A stretch of 64,000 bases of DNA from positions 49,788,001-49,852,000 of the forward strand of contig NC_087436.1 in the NCBI RefSeq assembly GCF_036321535.1, written 5' to 3'. Below the pieces are notes generated by a model, which worked only from the letters and a program-made list of their open reading frames with translations, ran no database searches and was not told the origin of the DNA. This document shows, piece by piece, positions 40,335-51,625 of the stretch (positions within the stretch are counted from its first letter, which is position 1; the number at the start of each line of letters is the position of its first letter). This stretch comes from Camelus dromedarius. Lineage: Eukaryota. The translations under genes were made by a program, and so were the position numbers.

Positions 40335-40697
40335 GAAACGCCCTCTTTCCATCCCTTCCAAACAATTATCTCGAAGAGCAAAAGAAAATAATCAACAGCC
40401 CTCGGTGCTGGGCGGCTGAGCCGGAGAGCCGGGCGCGAGGAGGGAGGGCGATCGGCAGGCGAGCCGGGAAACGTGGCTCCTCGGGCGAGGAGAGGATTTG
40501 TGAAGGGGAGCGCCGGCCCGCGTGCGCCTCTTGTTCCCCGTGTAATTTGCAGCCAATCATCAGTAGGTGTCCACGTCCCTGCGTCCTCCTCACCTCGGCG
40601 CCAATCACCCCCCGCCCCCGCCCCCAGCCTCCACACCTCCTCCCTCGCCTTTCTCTCCCGCTCCCCTCCCCCAGCAACCACACACGCACACACACAA

Positions 40698-40903
40698 ACA
40701 GAGGTGGGGGGGGGGAGAGGAGAGAGAGAGGGAGAGAGGGGAGAGAGAGAGCGAGAGAGAGAGAGAGGGAGAGAGAGAGAAGAGACGAGAGAGAGAGAAA
40801 GAGAGGAGAGAGAGAGAGAAGAGGAGAGAGAGAGAGAGAGAAGAGACAGACGAGAGAGAGAGAGGAGAGGGAGAGGAGGGGGGGCAGAGAGAGAGAGGAG
40901 AGA
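40698..40903. repeat. ~200-bp degenerate GA-rich polypurine tract
   Basis: Almost entirely G/A on the + strand with only a few C/T interruptions. Confidence 0.9.
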
Positions 40904-41322
40904 CTCCCCGGCTCCCTCCCTCCCTCGCACACAGCGACTGGAGACGGACGGAGAGCAACGCGCTGGGAGAGGAGAGACCACCGAGAACAGCCCCGCGCTC
41001 TCACACATACACTCACACTCGGCTCTTTCCTCTCCCCCCCCCCACCTCCTCCTCCTTCCACCCCCACCACTAACACCATCTCCTCCTCCTTCTCTCTGCA
41101 ACAAGAAAAAAAAAAGCCATTTACAGGTATTTTTTTTTTCATCCGCATATTTATTTATCCTCCCCCCCCAACAGTTTGTTTACAAGTATTAAAGTTGTAA
41201 TTGGGAGCTGCCAAGACACATCTGGATTTGTGTTTCTTTGTGTTAGGGGGTGATGTGCAACTAATTAAAGGCAGACTGGCAGCGTCTGCAAATTCTAAGG
41301 CTCCCCAAATAAAAAGAGACTG
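40900..41322 (+). other. CXXC4: CXXC4 non-coding exon 1 (5' boundary approximate)
   Basis: Near-consensus donor CTG|gtaagt at 41322/41323, just downstream of the CpG island. The TSS cannot be fixed from sequence and may lie anywhere from ~40650 to ~40950. Confidence 0.65.
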
Positions 41323-43738
41323 GTAAGTGATTGTTCTTTCTCTTTCTCTGGCTTTTTTTGCTCTTAAATGTTTGCTGTCCGTTGGGATTGTAAAAGTAGA
41401 TTATTAATGCTGGACTCCAGCAATAAAAGGCGTCGCTGTATTAATTTATTAATTAATCTGCACCCGCCCCTCCTCCTGAATGTTAAATATGACCTTTGAT
41501 CTCTATGTCTCTGGTAGACCAGACATACAATATTAGGCATGTACAGTCACATTGTTTAAAGGCGAAACAGGATCATGAAGTATGGATGTCTAATTTAGCT
41601 TTGCAATAGGACTATAGTTATTTGTGTGTGTTTTATTTTGTTTTTTAAAGAAAATCCAAACAATAACTGTGGCTTTTTCATGCTCCAGAGATGCATTGAT
41701 TAAACAATAATGACCTGGATACTGGGCACAATCATTTTCTACAGTTTCTGGGGGCATTAAACCTTGAGGGAGGAAAGGGGAGGTGATGGTAATAAGGAAA
41801 GCTTCTGTTTGGAGACACCACTCTAATACTCTGAAAAAGGGACATTAAATTATTTCTCTATTTGGAACAAGGTCAAAAGACTAAAATGTTGAAATTTTTT
41901 CCCACCACTCAATGTGATGATATCTGATGCATGGTTGGCATAACTAGTTTTTACTGAGTAGCAGTTATTATGGTCTTGCAGTTACAATGTGATTCACAGA
42001 AACTGAAGCTATATGCATATTCTTCTGTGTCTTCTCCCACCCCCTTCCCAGCATCAAGAATGTTTAGCCAGGAGTATTTTGGGGGCACCCTTTGTATTGC
42101 CATCAGACTTCTGAAGGGAGCAGTGTTCCCTAACGCGAAACCACAGAGGTGGTTCCTGAGTGATTAGGGACTTGCTGTGATTGAAAGATGCCTGCTAGCT
42201 TCTAATCCAGCCTGGGGTGAGGTTCCTTATCTTGATTTACTTTGCCTAATAGGGATTTGTTTACATAAACCCCTCTTTTTAGGGCACCTCATCATCAGGT
42301 CTTGAAGTTTTTGCACTTGGAGTTTGGGCATAGATGGTTCATTAATCTAATTATAAGCATAATTGCTATAATTGATATCCATTTCGAACTGAGTATTCCA
42401 GACTGACTACTGGGCCCCCATTTAGAATTCCCTGAACTCCACATTCTAGACCAACATGTGGGCTTCAGAAGAGGTCACAAAAAGGTATTCTGGCCAAAAA
42501 AAATCTGGAAACAAAGAAACTGTTTTTCTTTAGGTTAGTAGGCACTTTATGTTTTTGCTTTACTTCTTAAATGGCTGTGAGGTACCTCTGTCTCTGTAAT
42601 AAACAACTAAAATACCTCTTCCTAAGCATAATAATGGCCTGTAAGCAAGGAGCTGAATGCAGATATCCAGTTAACATTAAACTTTCCTCTTAAACAGAGC
42701 AAAAGAAAAAAAATCATTTAATGGCCATTTCTTCAGGTAACACCTTAAATGCCCCCCCTTTTACTCAATGTAAAAATCAGTGACTGTGAGAGATCCTCAA
42801 AAAGTCCATGCTTTCCTCTTGTCTTGGGAAGAGACCTGAGTCTCCATTAGGAATTATTGGGAATATTCTTACAGAGGCTGCAGGCACTTGGTTTAAAACC
42901 TGTGACATTGTGTTATTTAATTTTTTTTTTTTACCTAGTCCATCTTTCTTTTCTTTCTTTCTTTTTAACAAGTAGAACACCACCCTTTTACCCCCTCCAA
43001 GCCCCACCACCAAATGGCTTGTACAATTGAGACCTGTCCTTGGTCCATTGAATTAAGACCCTAACAGAGCCAGCTGTGCTGGGATTCAAACTAATGACCG
43101 CAGACACAGAAGGACACTGTGGCAGCTGGTAGTTCTTTTTTCCCTGCCTCTTTAGTTCAGATTGTATGTGGGCAGTCTCTTAGCTCTCAGTTGTATTGTG
43201 TTTGCTTACAGTTTATACTCGGATGTATTGTAGACTTTCTCAGTACTTCATTTGCTAATTTCCTGTTCATTTTCCTCATAGGGCCATAGCTGTTTTCTAC
43301 TTTAGAGCATTTGCATGCCCAGGCAGCGCTTGTTCACACATTTCATAATGTTTAAATGCCCTCTGCTTATAGGTAGTATCGCCCTCCCACCCCTGATTTG
43401 CATGTCTTTAGCACTCCAATTGCCCTTTTCCCTCGGCATTTGTCACCCCCGTCTTTCCTCTTTCCCTGGGTATCCTGGCTATTAATACATTTTCTCAGGA
43501 GGGTTATAAGAATAGGGGGGAGGAGCTGTGGTGTGCAGTGGGGAGGGAGGGAGCGGGGTTGGGAGCGGAGGGGAAGGATGGGAATGGGGGGGGTCACGTC
43601 TTGATGATTGTTATGCAAACGACCTGACGAGGAATGTGGGAGCTTTCTGTGTCTACGGTGGGGTAGTGAGGGAGGCTGTTTATTTATTTTTAATCTTCTT
43701 CCTCGTGCAGCTCGTTGGAATGACTTTCTTTATTTTAG

Positions 43739-43995
43739 TTGTAACAGTTGGAGGATAATGCAAAGGAAGACGCTGCCTGGGAATTCACCGTCTGTGGAAA
43801 TGCGCCCCAGAGAGGAATAAAGCAGTCCTCACCTTGCTCTCCCCACCCGGACCCACTTTCCCCTCCCGCCTCGGCCCCCACCCCAACACCACCATCACCC
43901 CCTTCCCTCCCCCCCACCTTCCCCCCTTTCCCGCCCAGGTGTCGGACCAGACGGTCCCCACTTCCACCCTGCACCCCTTCTTCCCCCCCTGCACC
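43739..43995 (+). other. CXXC4: 5' UTR part of CXXC4 exon 2
   Basis: Acceptor tgactttctttattttag| ends at 43738. A second possible acceptor ttcttcctcgtgcag| ends at 43710. C-rich leader up to ATG 43996. Confidence 0.7.
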
Positions 43996-45000
43996 ATGAA
44001 CACCAATGTCTGCGTGGAGCCTGGGCCAAGCCCGGAGGCCCCGGGCTTGCCCAAGGAAAGCCACCTGCCCGAGGGGGCCTTGAACAGCCTTGTGGATTAC
44101 AACTCGGAGATGGAGCGCTACCGCTCCTTTGCCACCTCCTTCTACAAGACCAACGGGGGCGCCTTCCCGCAGGCGGCCAAGATCGCGCGCATCACCACCC
44201 CCATCTTCCCCAGCAGCGCCGCCGCCGCCGCGGCCGCCGCGCGCATCGGCATGTCCCCCTGGAACTGCGACAACGCGGCCACCGCCGCCGCCGCCACCGC
44301 CATGCTCTGGGGCAGCGGCGGGGGCGGGGGCGGCGGCGGGAGCGGCGGCGGCGGCGGCGGTGGCGGGGGCGGTGGGGGCGGCAGGAAATCCTCCTCCGCC
44401 GCCGCCTCCTCCTCCGCCTCCTCCTCGGCGATCCTCCCCGCCGGCGGTGGCGGCGGCGGCGGTGGTGGTGGTGGCGGCGGCGGCGGCGGCGGCGGTGGCG
44501 GCGGCAGCAGGACCAGCATGCACCACCGAAACGACTCCCAGAGGCTGGGGAAAGCTGGCTGCCCGCCAGAGCCGTCGTTGCAAATGGCAAATACTAATTT
44601 CCTCTCCACCTTATCCCCTGAACACTGCAGACCTTTGGCGGGGGAATGCATGAACAAGCTCAAATGCGGCGCTGCTGAAGCAGAGATAATGAATCTCCCC
44701 GAGCGCGTGGGGACTTTTTCCGCTATCCCGGCTTTAGGGGGCATCTCATTACCTCCAGGGGTCATCGTCATGACAGCCCTTCACTCCCCCGCAGCAGCCT
44801 CAGCAGCCGTCACAGACAGTGCGTTTCAAATTGCCAATCTGGCAGACTGCCCGCAGAATCATTCCTCCTCCTCCTCGTCCTCCTCAGGGGGAGCTGGCGG
44901 AGCCAACCCGGCCAAGAAGAAGAGGAAAAGGTGTGGGGTCTGCGTGCCCTGCAAGAGGCTCATCAACTGTGGCGTCTGCAGCAGTTGCAGGAACCGCAAA
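43990..45000. promoter_or_regulatory. Intragenic CpG island over CXXC4 exon 2
   Basis: Very high GC and CpG density (GCC/GGC repeats), separated from the promoter island by ~2.7 kb of CpG-poor sequence. Confidence 0.75.
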
Positions 45001-45069
45001 ACGGGACACCAGATCTGCAAATTTAGAAAATGTGAAGAGCTAAAGAAAAAACCTGGCACTTCGCTAGAG
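43996..45069 (+). CDS. CXXC4: CXXC4 (IDAX) coding exon 2, codons 1-358: poly-Ala/poly-Gly N-terminus and CXXC zinc finger
   Basis: ATG in gcaccATGa context at 43996 reads [17 protein letters not shown]...[15 protein letters not shown]...[52 protein letters not shown], which has the 8 ligands of a CXXC finger and matches CXXC4 as I recall it. Phase-0 donor GAG|gtcaga at 45069/45070. The track ORF 43834..45201 overshoots both ends (TTG start, read-through into the intron). Confidence 0.97.
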
Positions 45070-48000
45070 GTCAGAGGAGATGATTTCTTGTTTCCCAGTC
45101 TTACCCCTTCCCTCCCCCCTCCCCTCTCCTCTCCCCTTCAGGGTTTCTTGTCTGGCTTCAAGACGCAGTACCCCTTCCCTGAAGCTTCTTTCAGGTTGTA
45201 AGATACAGTTGTAGGTGGTTTGCGGAGGGCATGGCCTCTCCACCACCCTCTCCAGCCGCACTTCGCGTGGAACCGCCCTCCAGATGGGGAGGGCGCCCCT
45301 CCTTTTTAGCTCTTGGGGGAAAAACTAATGTAATGGGTTTGAAAAAAATCAGAAGTTTCACAGTCAATATGGTCAGAAATTTCCCTTGGTGGTTTAAAAT
45401 GCCCCTCCCCCTTGTTATTATTTTTTAAAGCATCCCTGCCCGAAGGGTTGGACACATCATATTCTGTATACTTTTACTGGGTAAGAGAGACTTACTAGTA
45501 ACAGTGAGGACACAGTTTGTGGCACACAAGTCGGCTACATTCCCCTTAACACACACGCACAGCTAGCACTGAAACTGAAATACATGCATTCAAAAGGGGA
45601 TTTTCTAACCTCTTCTAGAACCATTTTTCTCTTTGCCATGGCAAAATGTTTCTGTTTCCCATTTTATTTTCTGCCTATTTGGTGTTTTTTTCAGAAAGCA
45701 GAAATAGTATAGAAAGCAGAACACCATTTGCAATTTTTAAGGAGCTAGGACTTAAACAGATACAGTTAATTCATTTGCGGCAGGTGGTGGTAATAATGTG
45801 TTTAAGAATTGTTTTACATAGTTCAAAAATGAATGATTCCTAAAACTCAGTTACACAAAATATAAGTTTTGGGTTCTGCATTTAACAAAGTGACCATTTT
45901 GTGATCACAGAATTGTTTTATACACCAAGCACAGTTTTGGTTGATACCCTACTTGGTTAGTAATAGTTTTTTTCTTATATGTGCTTAAAACATGATGTAC
46001 AGATTATCACTAGAGTTCTTGTCAAATTAGATTTTTTGTTATGTTAAATACAAAGATTGTTGTGTTTACTGGGAACTTTATATGATAACCTGATCAAAAC
46101 AAAAAGGTAAAAAGAATGGAAAGTCAGAGGTAAATGGTTTTGGTGGTATATTTAGTAAAGAAATATGGACAGGTAGTCGTATTCAGCCCCTTGATAAAAT
46201 TTACAGAGCAGATGGCTAGATATTCTTATATAGGTGCCAGATGTAGCATTTGGGAATATTCTATGGGCTGGATTGTAGGCTGAGATTGGTTCTTACAAGT
46301 TATCATCAGAGGGACACCTGCACATTCTTTAAAAAATTGTGAGTATGGCTTAAAGGAGTTTCTCCAAGAAGGACTGGTCTTTAAAAGGAGAAAAGAGAAA
46401 AGTTAGAGATCTTTGTTGCAGGTTTGAACACAAATAAGGTATGGATTTAAAAAAAAGTTTTATTAATATAAATCAAAGCAAATAGCACTTTGAGATTCCC
46501 CCCAAATCAGTATTATATTGATATCATTACTGATTGTGATCAGTTCCATCAAAATATTGCATTTATTCCTCTTTATAAGAGAACCCGTCTCTGTTGAAAG
46601 TTTGACTTTACTCAGAGGTGGTTTATTACATTTCCTTTGGCAACTCTGCTTAAGTAAAGATAATAGCAATTATACAGACGTAGGTCCATGTATTTTCTTA
46701 GGTGACAAAAATTAGTTTTTGTTTTTGAATGATCTTTTCTGGATTAATTTATGTGACTTTTGTATGCCTCTAAGGCCCATCGGAAATTAAATTTCAGTTC
46801 ATACTAAAACCTCCTGTTAATGCCCAGTTGATAAGGACTACATGGCTTTTTTTTTTCCCTCTTGAATTGTAGTGTCTAGAATTATCGATTTGGTGTTGCT
46901 AAGTAACCCTTATCTTTAGACCCATGCATTACCTGCGTCCCAGTTTAGAATATGTAGTGGATAGGACCACTCAATAATTCTGACTTATTCAGTAAGCAAC
47001 CTCTCTGAAAGAGTTTAATGTGAGTACCAGTAGATTTTCTGCCTAAGTTTCTATGCTGATGTATAGTCTAAACAAGTTTCATAAGTTTCCTTCTTTCTTC
47101 CTCTTAATAGTTTTCCCACAAACCTTTTGTGATGTTTAAATTCCTTAGGCTTTTTAATCACAGAAATCCCATGGTGTTACCTTTTCTTCTTTTTTAAAAA
47201 TCACGTGTAAAAAGTTCTGCTGATCTTCAGAAAGTGGGCTATGGATGGGAGGGGAAACACATTTCCTCTTTGTAGAGCTTTCTGAAGATGTCCCCCTAGC
47301 TATACACCCCTTCCTCACAGAGAATTGTGCTTGGTTCAAGGCTAAGGTTATTAGTGGAATGCAATTTGGCAGAAAGAAAGAAAGTTTTTTTTTTTCTTTT
47401 TTAATTGGCTAAGATTCTATCTAGGTCATTTTTAAAAGGCAAAGGCAACATGATTGCCTTAAGCACATGTGTAACCACACAGTTATGGTTGTAGGAAACC
47501 AGCTGGACGTGTGTCAGAGTGACAGGGTTTACATGACTGAACCAAAGCTGGAACAGTGGTTGCGGGAGGGTGAAACGTCCCCCTGCTGACCCGCTTCCCT
47601 CTCTAATTTGGTTTCTGTAACTTATCATCATCTGTGGCGATGCTGTAGATGTTGGATAGACTCCCTAGTTGAGGATAGTGATTTGTGGGTTCATTATGGA
47701 CATTACCTGTGGATTTCAGGTGTGAGTTTAGTAGCTAATATTTGTTGGCTTTAAATCATGGACACCAATTAATATCTGGATTATAGTCATTACTAGTGTT
47801 CTTATTTATCACTTCAGACCCCATGTGCCCTTCTTCCCTTTGGCTTATTCTCATGCCAAAGACTGGAGGCATAATCAGATTTTCAGGGTGAGTAAACAGA
47901 AATTAAGACAGACTCACTTGGATGTGTTGGGATTCTTGCCCACATTTTTTTTTTAAAGTCTCCCCTCTGGCATTCCTTTTAAAACTACTTTACTTATTTC

Positions 48001-49624
48001 CACATTTTCCTGCTTAGTCTCATGTTAAGAGCATCTTAATTCTTTAGGAATATGTTTATAAAGTTACCCCTTTATAATATTCCATATGGTAACAGTGCAC
48101 ATAAAACAAATTTAGTTTTCTATGATATTATACACCATATATTTGCATGTAACACACTATTCATTTATTAATTACTATATTAAACATTATCAGTAATTAT
48201 TCAAAGCAGTTACAAATGCTGTATGTCCCTGTAGGACAAAACTTATCTTAAAAATTTGTATCCTAAATGATCAATACTAAGTTCCCAGTATTTTAAGAAA
48301 AGTGATTATATATAATAAGTTATATAGTGGACTGTTGTCTCATACCAAGGTAATCTTTTAGTTTTTATATTCACAGCAGTTACATTTCTGATACTAAGAT
48401 CTAACTTTTTAAAATATCTCAACCTGATATGACTCAAGGGATAAAATAGTCCCGTGGGCAACCCCAGCCTCTTAGTCCCTGAACATTGTTCAGGTGACAT
48501 GATTGATCTCTGTGGGACAGCATTAGAGACCACACAGATCTGGTTTCTCTCCCATTAGCTGATTTATGGAATTACATTAGTAAGCAGCGCCTCGGGAGAG
48601 TTCCCCGCACCCACCCTCTGGCTCTGCTGCACGGTGCACACCACCACCTCCCAGGCTTGCCAGGAGCTGGAGGAGGGACTTGAAAGAGGCACATTAGGTG
48701 AAGAGGCTGAGAAACTGGAAAGTCAGGAAGGATAATCTGCTTCTCTTTCTTTTCTTTTCTTGCTTTTTAAAATTTATCTTCGGAAGGTACAGGTCCAAAA
48801 TAATTTTCTGCGAGTTAAGTTGAGCTTCTAAGGGGGCTGGTGGAAAACATTCAAATGTTGCCGCACACTTGATACCTTGATTTAGGAGAATGTTTTAAGG
48901 GAGGAGGAACACGTTTCATACTCATGAAGTTAAGTTCCAAGTGTCTCAGCCACGCAAATGGTGATTGTAAAGTTCTGGACAAAGCGTTCTCAGCAATTTG
49001 TGTGGGAAGGTGGCACCTGCTTCCCTAAGGAATTCATTTGTAGACCATATATAAAATAAGGTGTGTCACTCACACTCAGAATCTGTATAGTTAAATAATG
49101 AAAGGAGTCAATAATTAAAACATGGCATAAGTTTTTGAAGTTGAGTGATAAAAAAAATTATAGGTAAAATACGAATGTTTCATATCTTAAATTGAAACAT
49201 CTACCAAGGTGTTATGTTATATCAGAATTCGACAATGAGATTTCCATTTTCAGTTTCAAGAATCAAAAACATGCCAGTATAAAAATATAAATTTTGTTTT
49301 AATCTGAAGATGCAAATATGTAACTGTCAAAAGGAATGAGAAAACTTTTCAGTAAGTTCAAAAAAAAAGATAGTATATTAACACTGGAATGTAATAAAGA
49401 AATAACATAGAGAAAAGATCATGAATTTCCTAAATGATAAGTAAAATGCTCAGAAAAATTCAGCTTTGACTAAAGTCACAAAATAGATTTGTAGCCAAGG
49501 CATCAAAGTGTAATACAGGTCCAGTGAGATTCTCTTTCCATCACTAGATTTAATACAAGATAGTCAAAGTTGCTTTTAAAAGAACCACACATTTTAAAAT
49601 AATTCCTAAATGAAAATAATGCCT

Positions 49625-49766
49625 GGGGGAGGGTATAGCTCAAGCGGTAGAGCGCATCCTTAGCGTGCATGAGGTCCTGGGTTCAATCCCCAGTACCTCC
49701 TCTAAGAATAAATAAATAAATAAACCTAATTACCTCCCCCCAAAAAATAAATTAAAAAAAAAAAAA
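49625..49766 (+). mobile_element. tRNA-Ala-derived SINE (camelid vic-1-like) with target-site duplication
   Basis: ggggagggtatagctcaagcggtagagcgc...gaggtcctgggttcaatccccagtacctcc carries Pol III A and B boxes, then (aaat)n, cctaattacctcccc and an A tail. TSD gaaaataatgc at 49612-49622 and 49767-49777. Confidence 0.9.
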
Positions 49767-51409
49767 GAAAATAATGCGCCTTCCCATCCAAACATGTAAA
49801 TTCTAAGCAATCTTTTGGATGGCTATTAGGAATAGTAAAGTAAGAGCAATTAAAAAGTATTTGTAAATTATCCTATAAGAGTATCTGTTTGAAATTCAAC
49901 CATCATCAAACAAAATACAAATAATCAGAAAGCCAATAAGAACAGAGCAAAATAACAAACTTTAGACTTTAATCACATAAAAATATTTGGATATTTTTAA
50001 ATGAGAATGGAAAGTGTATCTAGTGATGAAGGAAATAAAAGGTACTTGATTTTTAAACTTTATACTGAATTGATTACTGAAGCATTGCTACATATTTTGG
50101 TTAGTCTTAGTCAACTGTTTTCTTGGGTGAATAGTTAAGATTTTTGCTCAGTTCGAGTTTACAGATTGACAAATACAGGGCAATTTAATAAAATAGTCAG
50201 ACTGAAAATTGAAAGATGTATGAAAAAAAGATGGGCATTTCATCCATATTTGCTCTCGTGTACAAGTTTGGAGATTGAAGATCTGTATCATGGTGACCCT
50301 AGGAACACTGGTAGAATATTCCTTCTGGATACAAACATTAAACAAAAAAACTGTTGACATGTACCCCAGGAATAGGTTGAGGTATGTTTTAAAAAACTCT
50401 TCTGAGGTAGTTAGTGCTCTTACTTAAGTTCAATCTCAGTTGGTCAGATTGCCTGAATATGTAGTTTGCTTTTACCAAACCTGCTTTGAAAAAGTGTAGC
50501 AAAATGTTTGGCCATCCAATAAGTTTCACAAGAGTGGATATGCTTCAGTGTCTTACATTTATTTTTATTCATATTATGCAAAATATTAAAAAATAAATTT
50601 GTTCATCATATAAAATATCTGAGTAAATTAATAGGTTAGATTCAGGATTTATTGAAAGAGCTATGTAAATATGCAAGTGGGAGAAGGGACTACTTCTCTT
50701 TTAGTTTTCCTCTTATTTTTAGATTAGTTTTTAAAGAACAAAAATGAACCCCAAATAATGATAAAATCTTTCCTTTCTATAAGTGTGATTTTTTTCAGGC
50801 ACTGATTAGAATGTCAGATGATCTTGGCTGGGGGTGTAGAGCACACTAGAAAAATACCATATTTTACGAAAACTTGTTTTTAAGAAAATAGTTTTTTTGG
50901 TTTGACCAGTGCAAATTTTGAGGATTTTGTGCATGCATAACTTGATTCCTTTACTTGCGCTGCAGTGCTTTCTGCTGATTCTTAGCAGACTTCTTTCATC
51001 TAGCATTCAGCTGTTATCCTTCGGAGTTTTAAAATATTGGGGGGAAGGGCACACGGGTGGCTTTATCCTTCAGTCATGTCTGGTTCCATCATATGCAAAC
51101 ACCTGTCCTGAAATTGAATTATTCTGCAGGGTAATTGAAAAGCCTGCCTCCATTCAGCATCATATGTTTTCTGTTGTTTATTGAGTTATGTTGCACCATA
51201 CTTCAGATGCGACAACCATTTAATAATGTTGAAGACTTAGCTCTGCAGGGGCTAAAAGGATCCCAGCAGGCTTGTTAACTTCTACTCTAAAACATTATGA
51301 GAAATATTTTTTCCTCTGTGAAACTTCGGGGCTTTCTCTTCATTTATTTTAAGAGCATAAGTATCCATAGCCAGGTAAGAGAGTGAGCCTGTTAAATTTT
51401 TTCTGTTTT

Positions 51410-51625
51410 TCTTTTTTTTAATTTCAATTATTTTTATTGTTTATTGACATGTAGTTGATTTATAGTGTTAGTTTCAGGAGTACAGCACAGCAATTCAGTT
51501 ATACGTATACATACATACATACTTTTACTTTTCAGATTCTTTTCCATCATATGTTATTACAAAAGACTGAATATAGTTATACAGTAGGTCCTTGTTGTTT
51601 ATCTGTTTTATATGTAGTAATGGGT
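51410..51625 (-). mobile_element. LINE-1 3' end fragment
   Basis: ttattgacatgtagttgatttatagtgttagtttcagg...tacagtaggtccttgttgtttatctgttttatatg belongs to the same L1 3' family. Confidence 0.85.

Larger units (their letters stand above)
40230..41030 (+). promoter_or_regulatory. CpG-island promoter with two CCAAT boxes and GC boxes
   Basis: Abrupt CpG/GC enrichment. agCCAATca at 40553-40557 and gcgCCAATca at 40601-40605 (48 bp apart, NF-Y-like). Overlapping Sp/KLF boxes ccccgcccccgccccc at ~40610-40625. No clear TATA box. Confidence 0.8.

Noticed and set aside
40122..41200. Long ORFs on both strands (342, 296, 260, 239 aa) with RE/SL dipeptide runs
   Set aside because: They come from stop-free (GA)n and GC-rich promoter sequence and have no domain content.
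43834..43995. N-terminal extension in the 455-aa track ORF
   Set aside because: It starts at TTG in a C-rich stop-poor leader; the recognised protein starts at ATG 43996.
43735..44771. Antisense and alternative-frame ORFs over exon 2 (poly-Pro, poly-Ala, poly-Arg)
   Set aside because: Shadow frames of the GGC/GCC repeats in CXXC4, with no independent support.
48583..48630. CTCF-like motif (gccagagggtggg on -)
   Set aside because: Only a partial match by eye; cannot be supported without a PWM scan or ChIP data.
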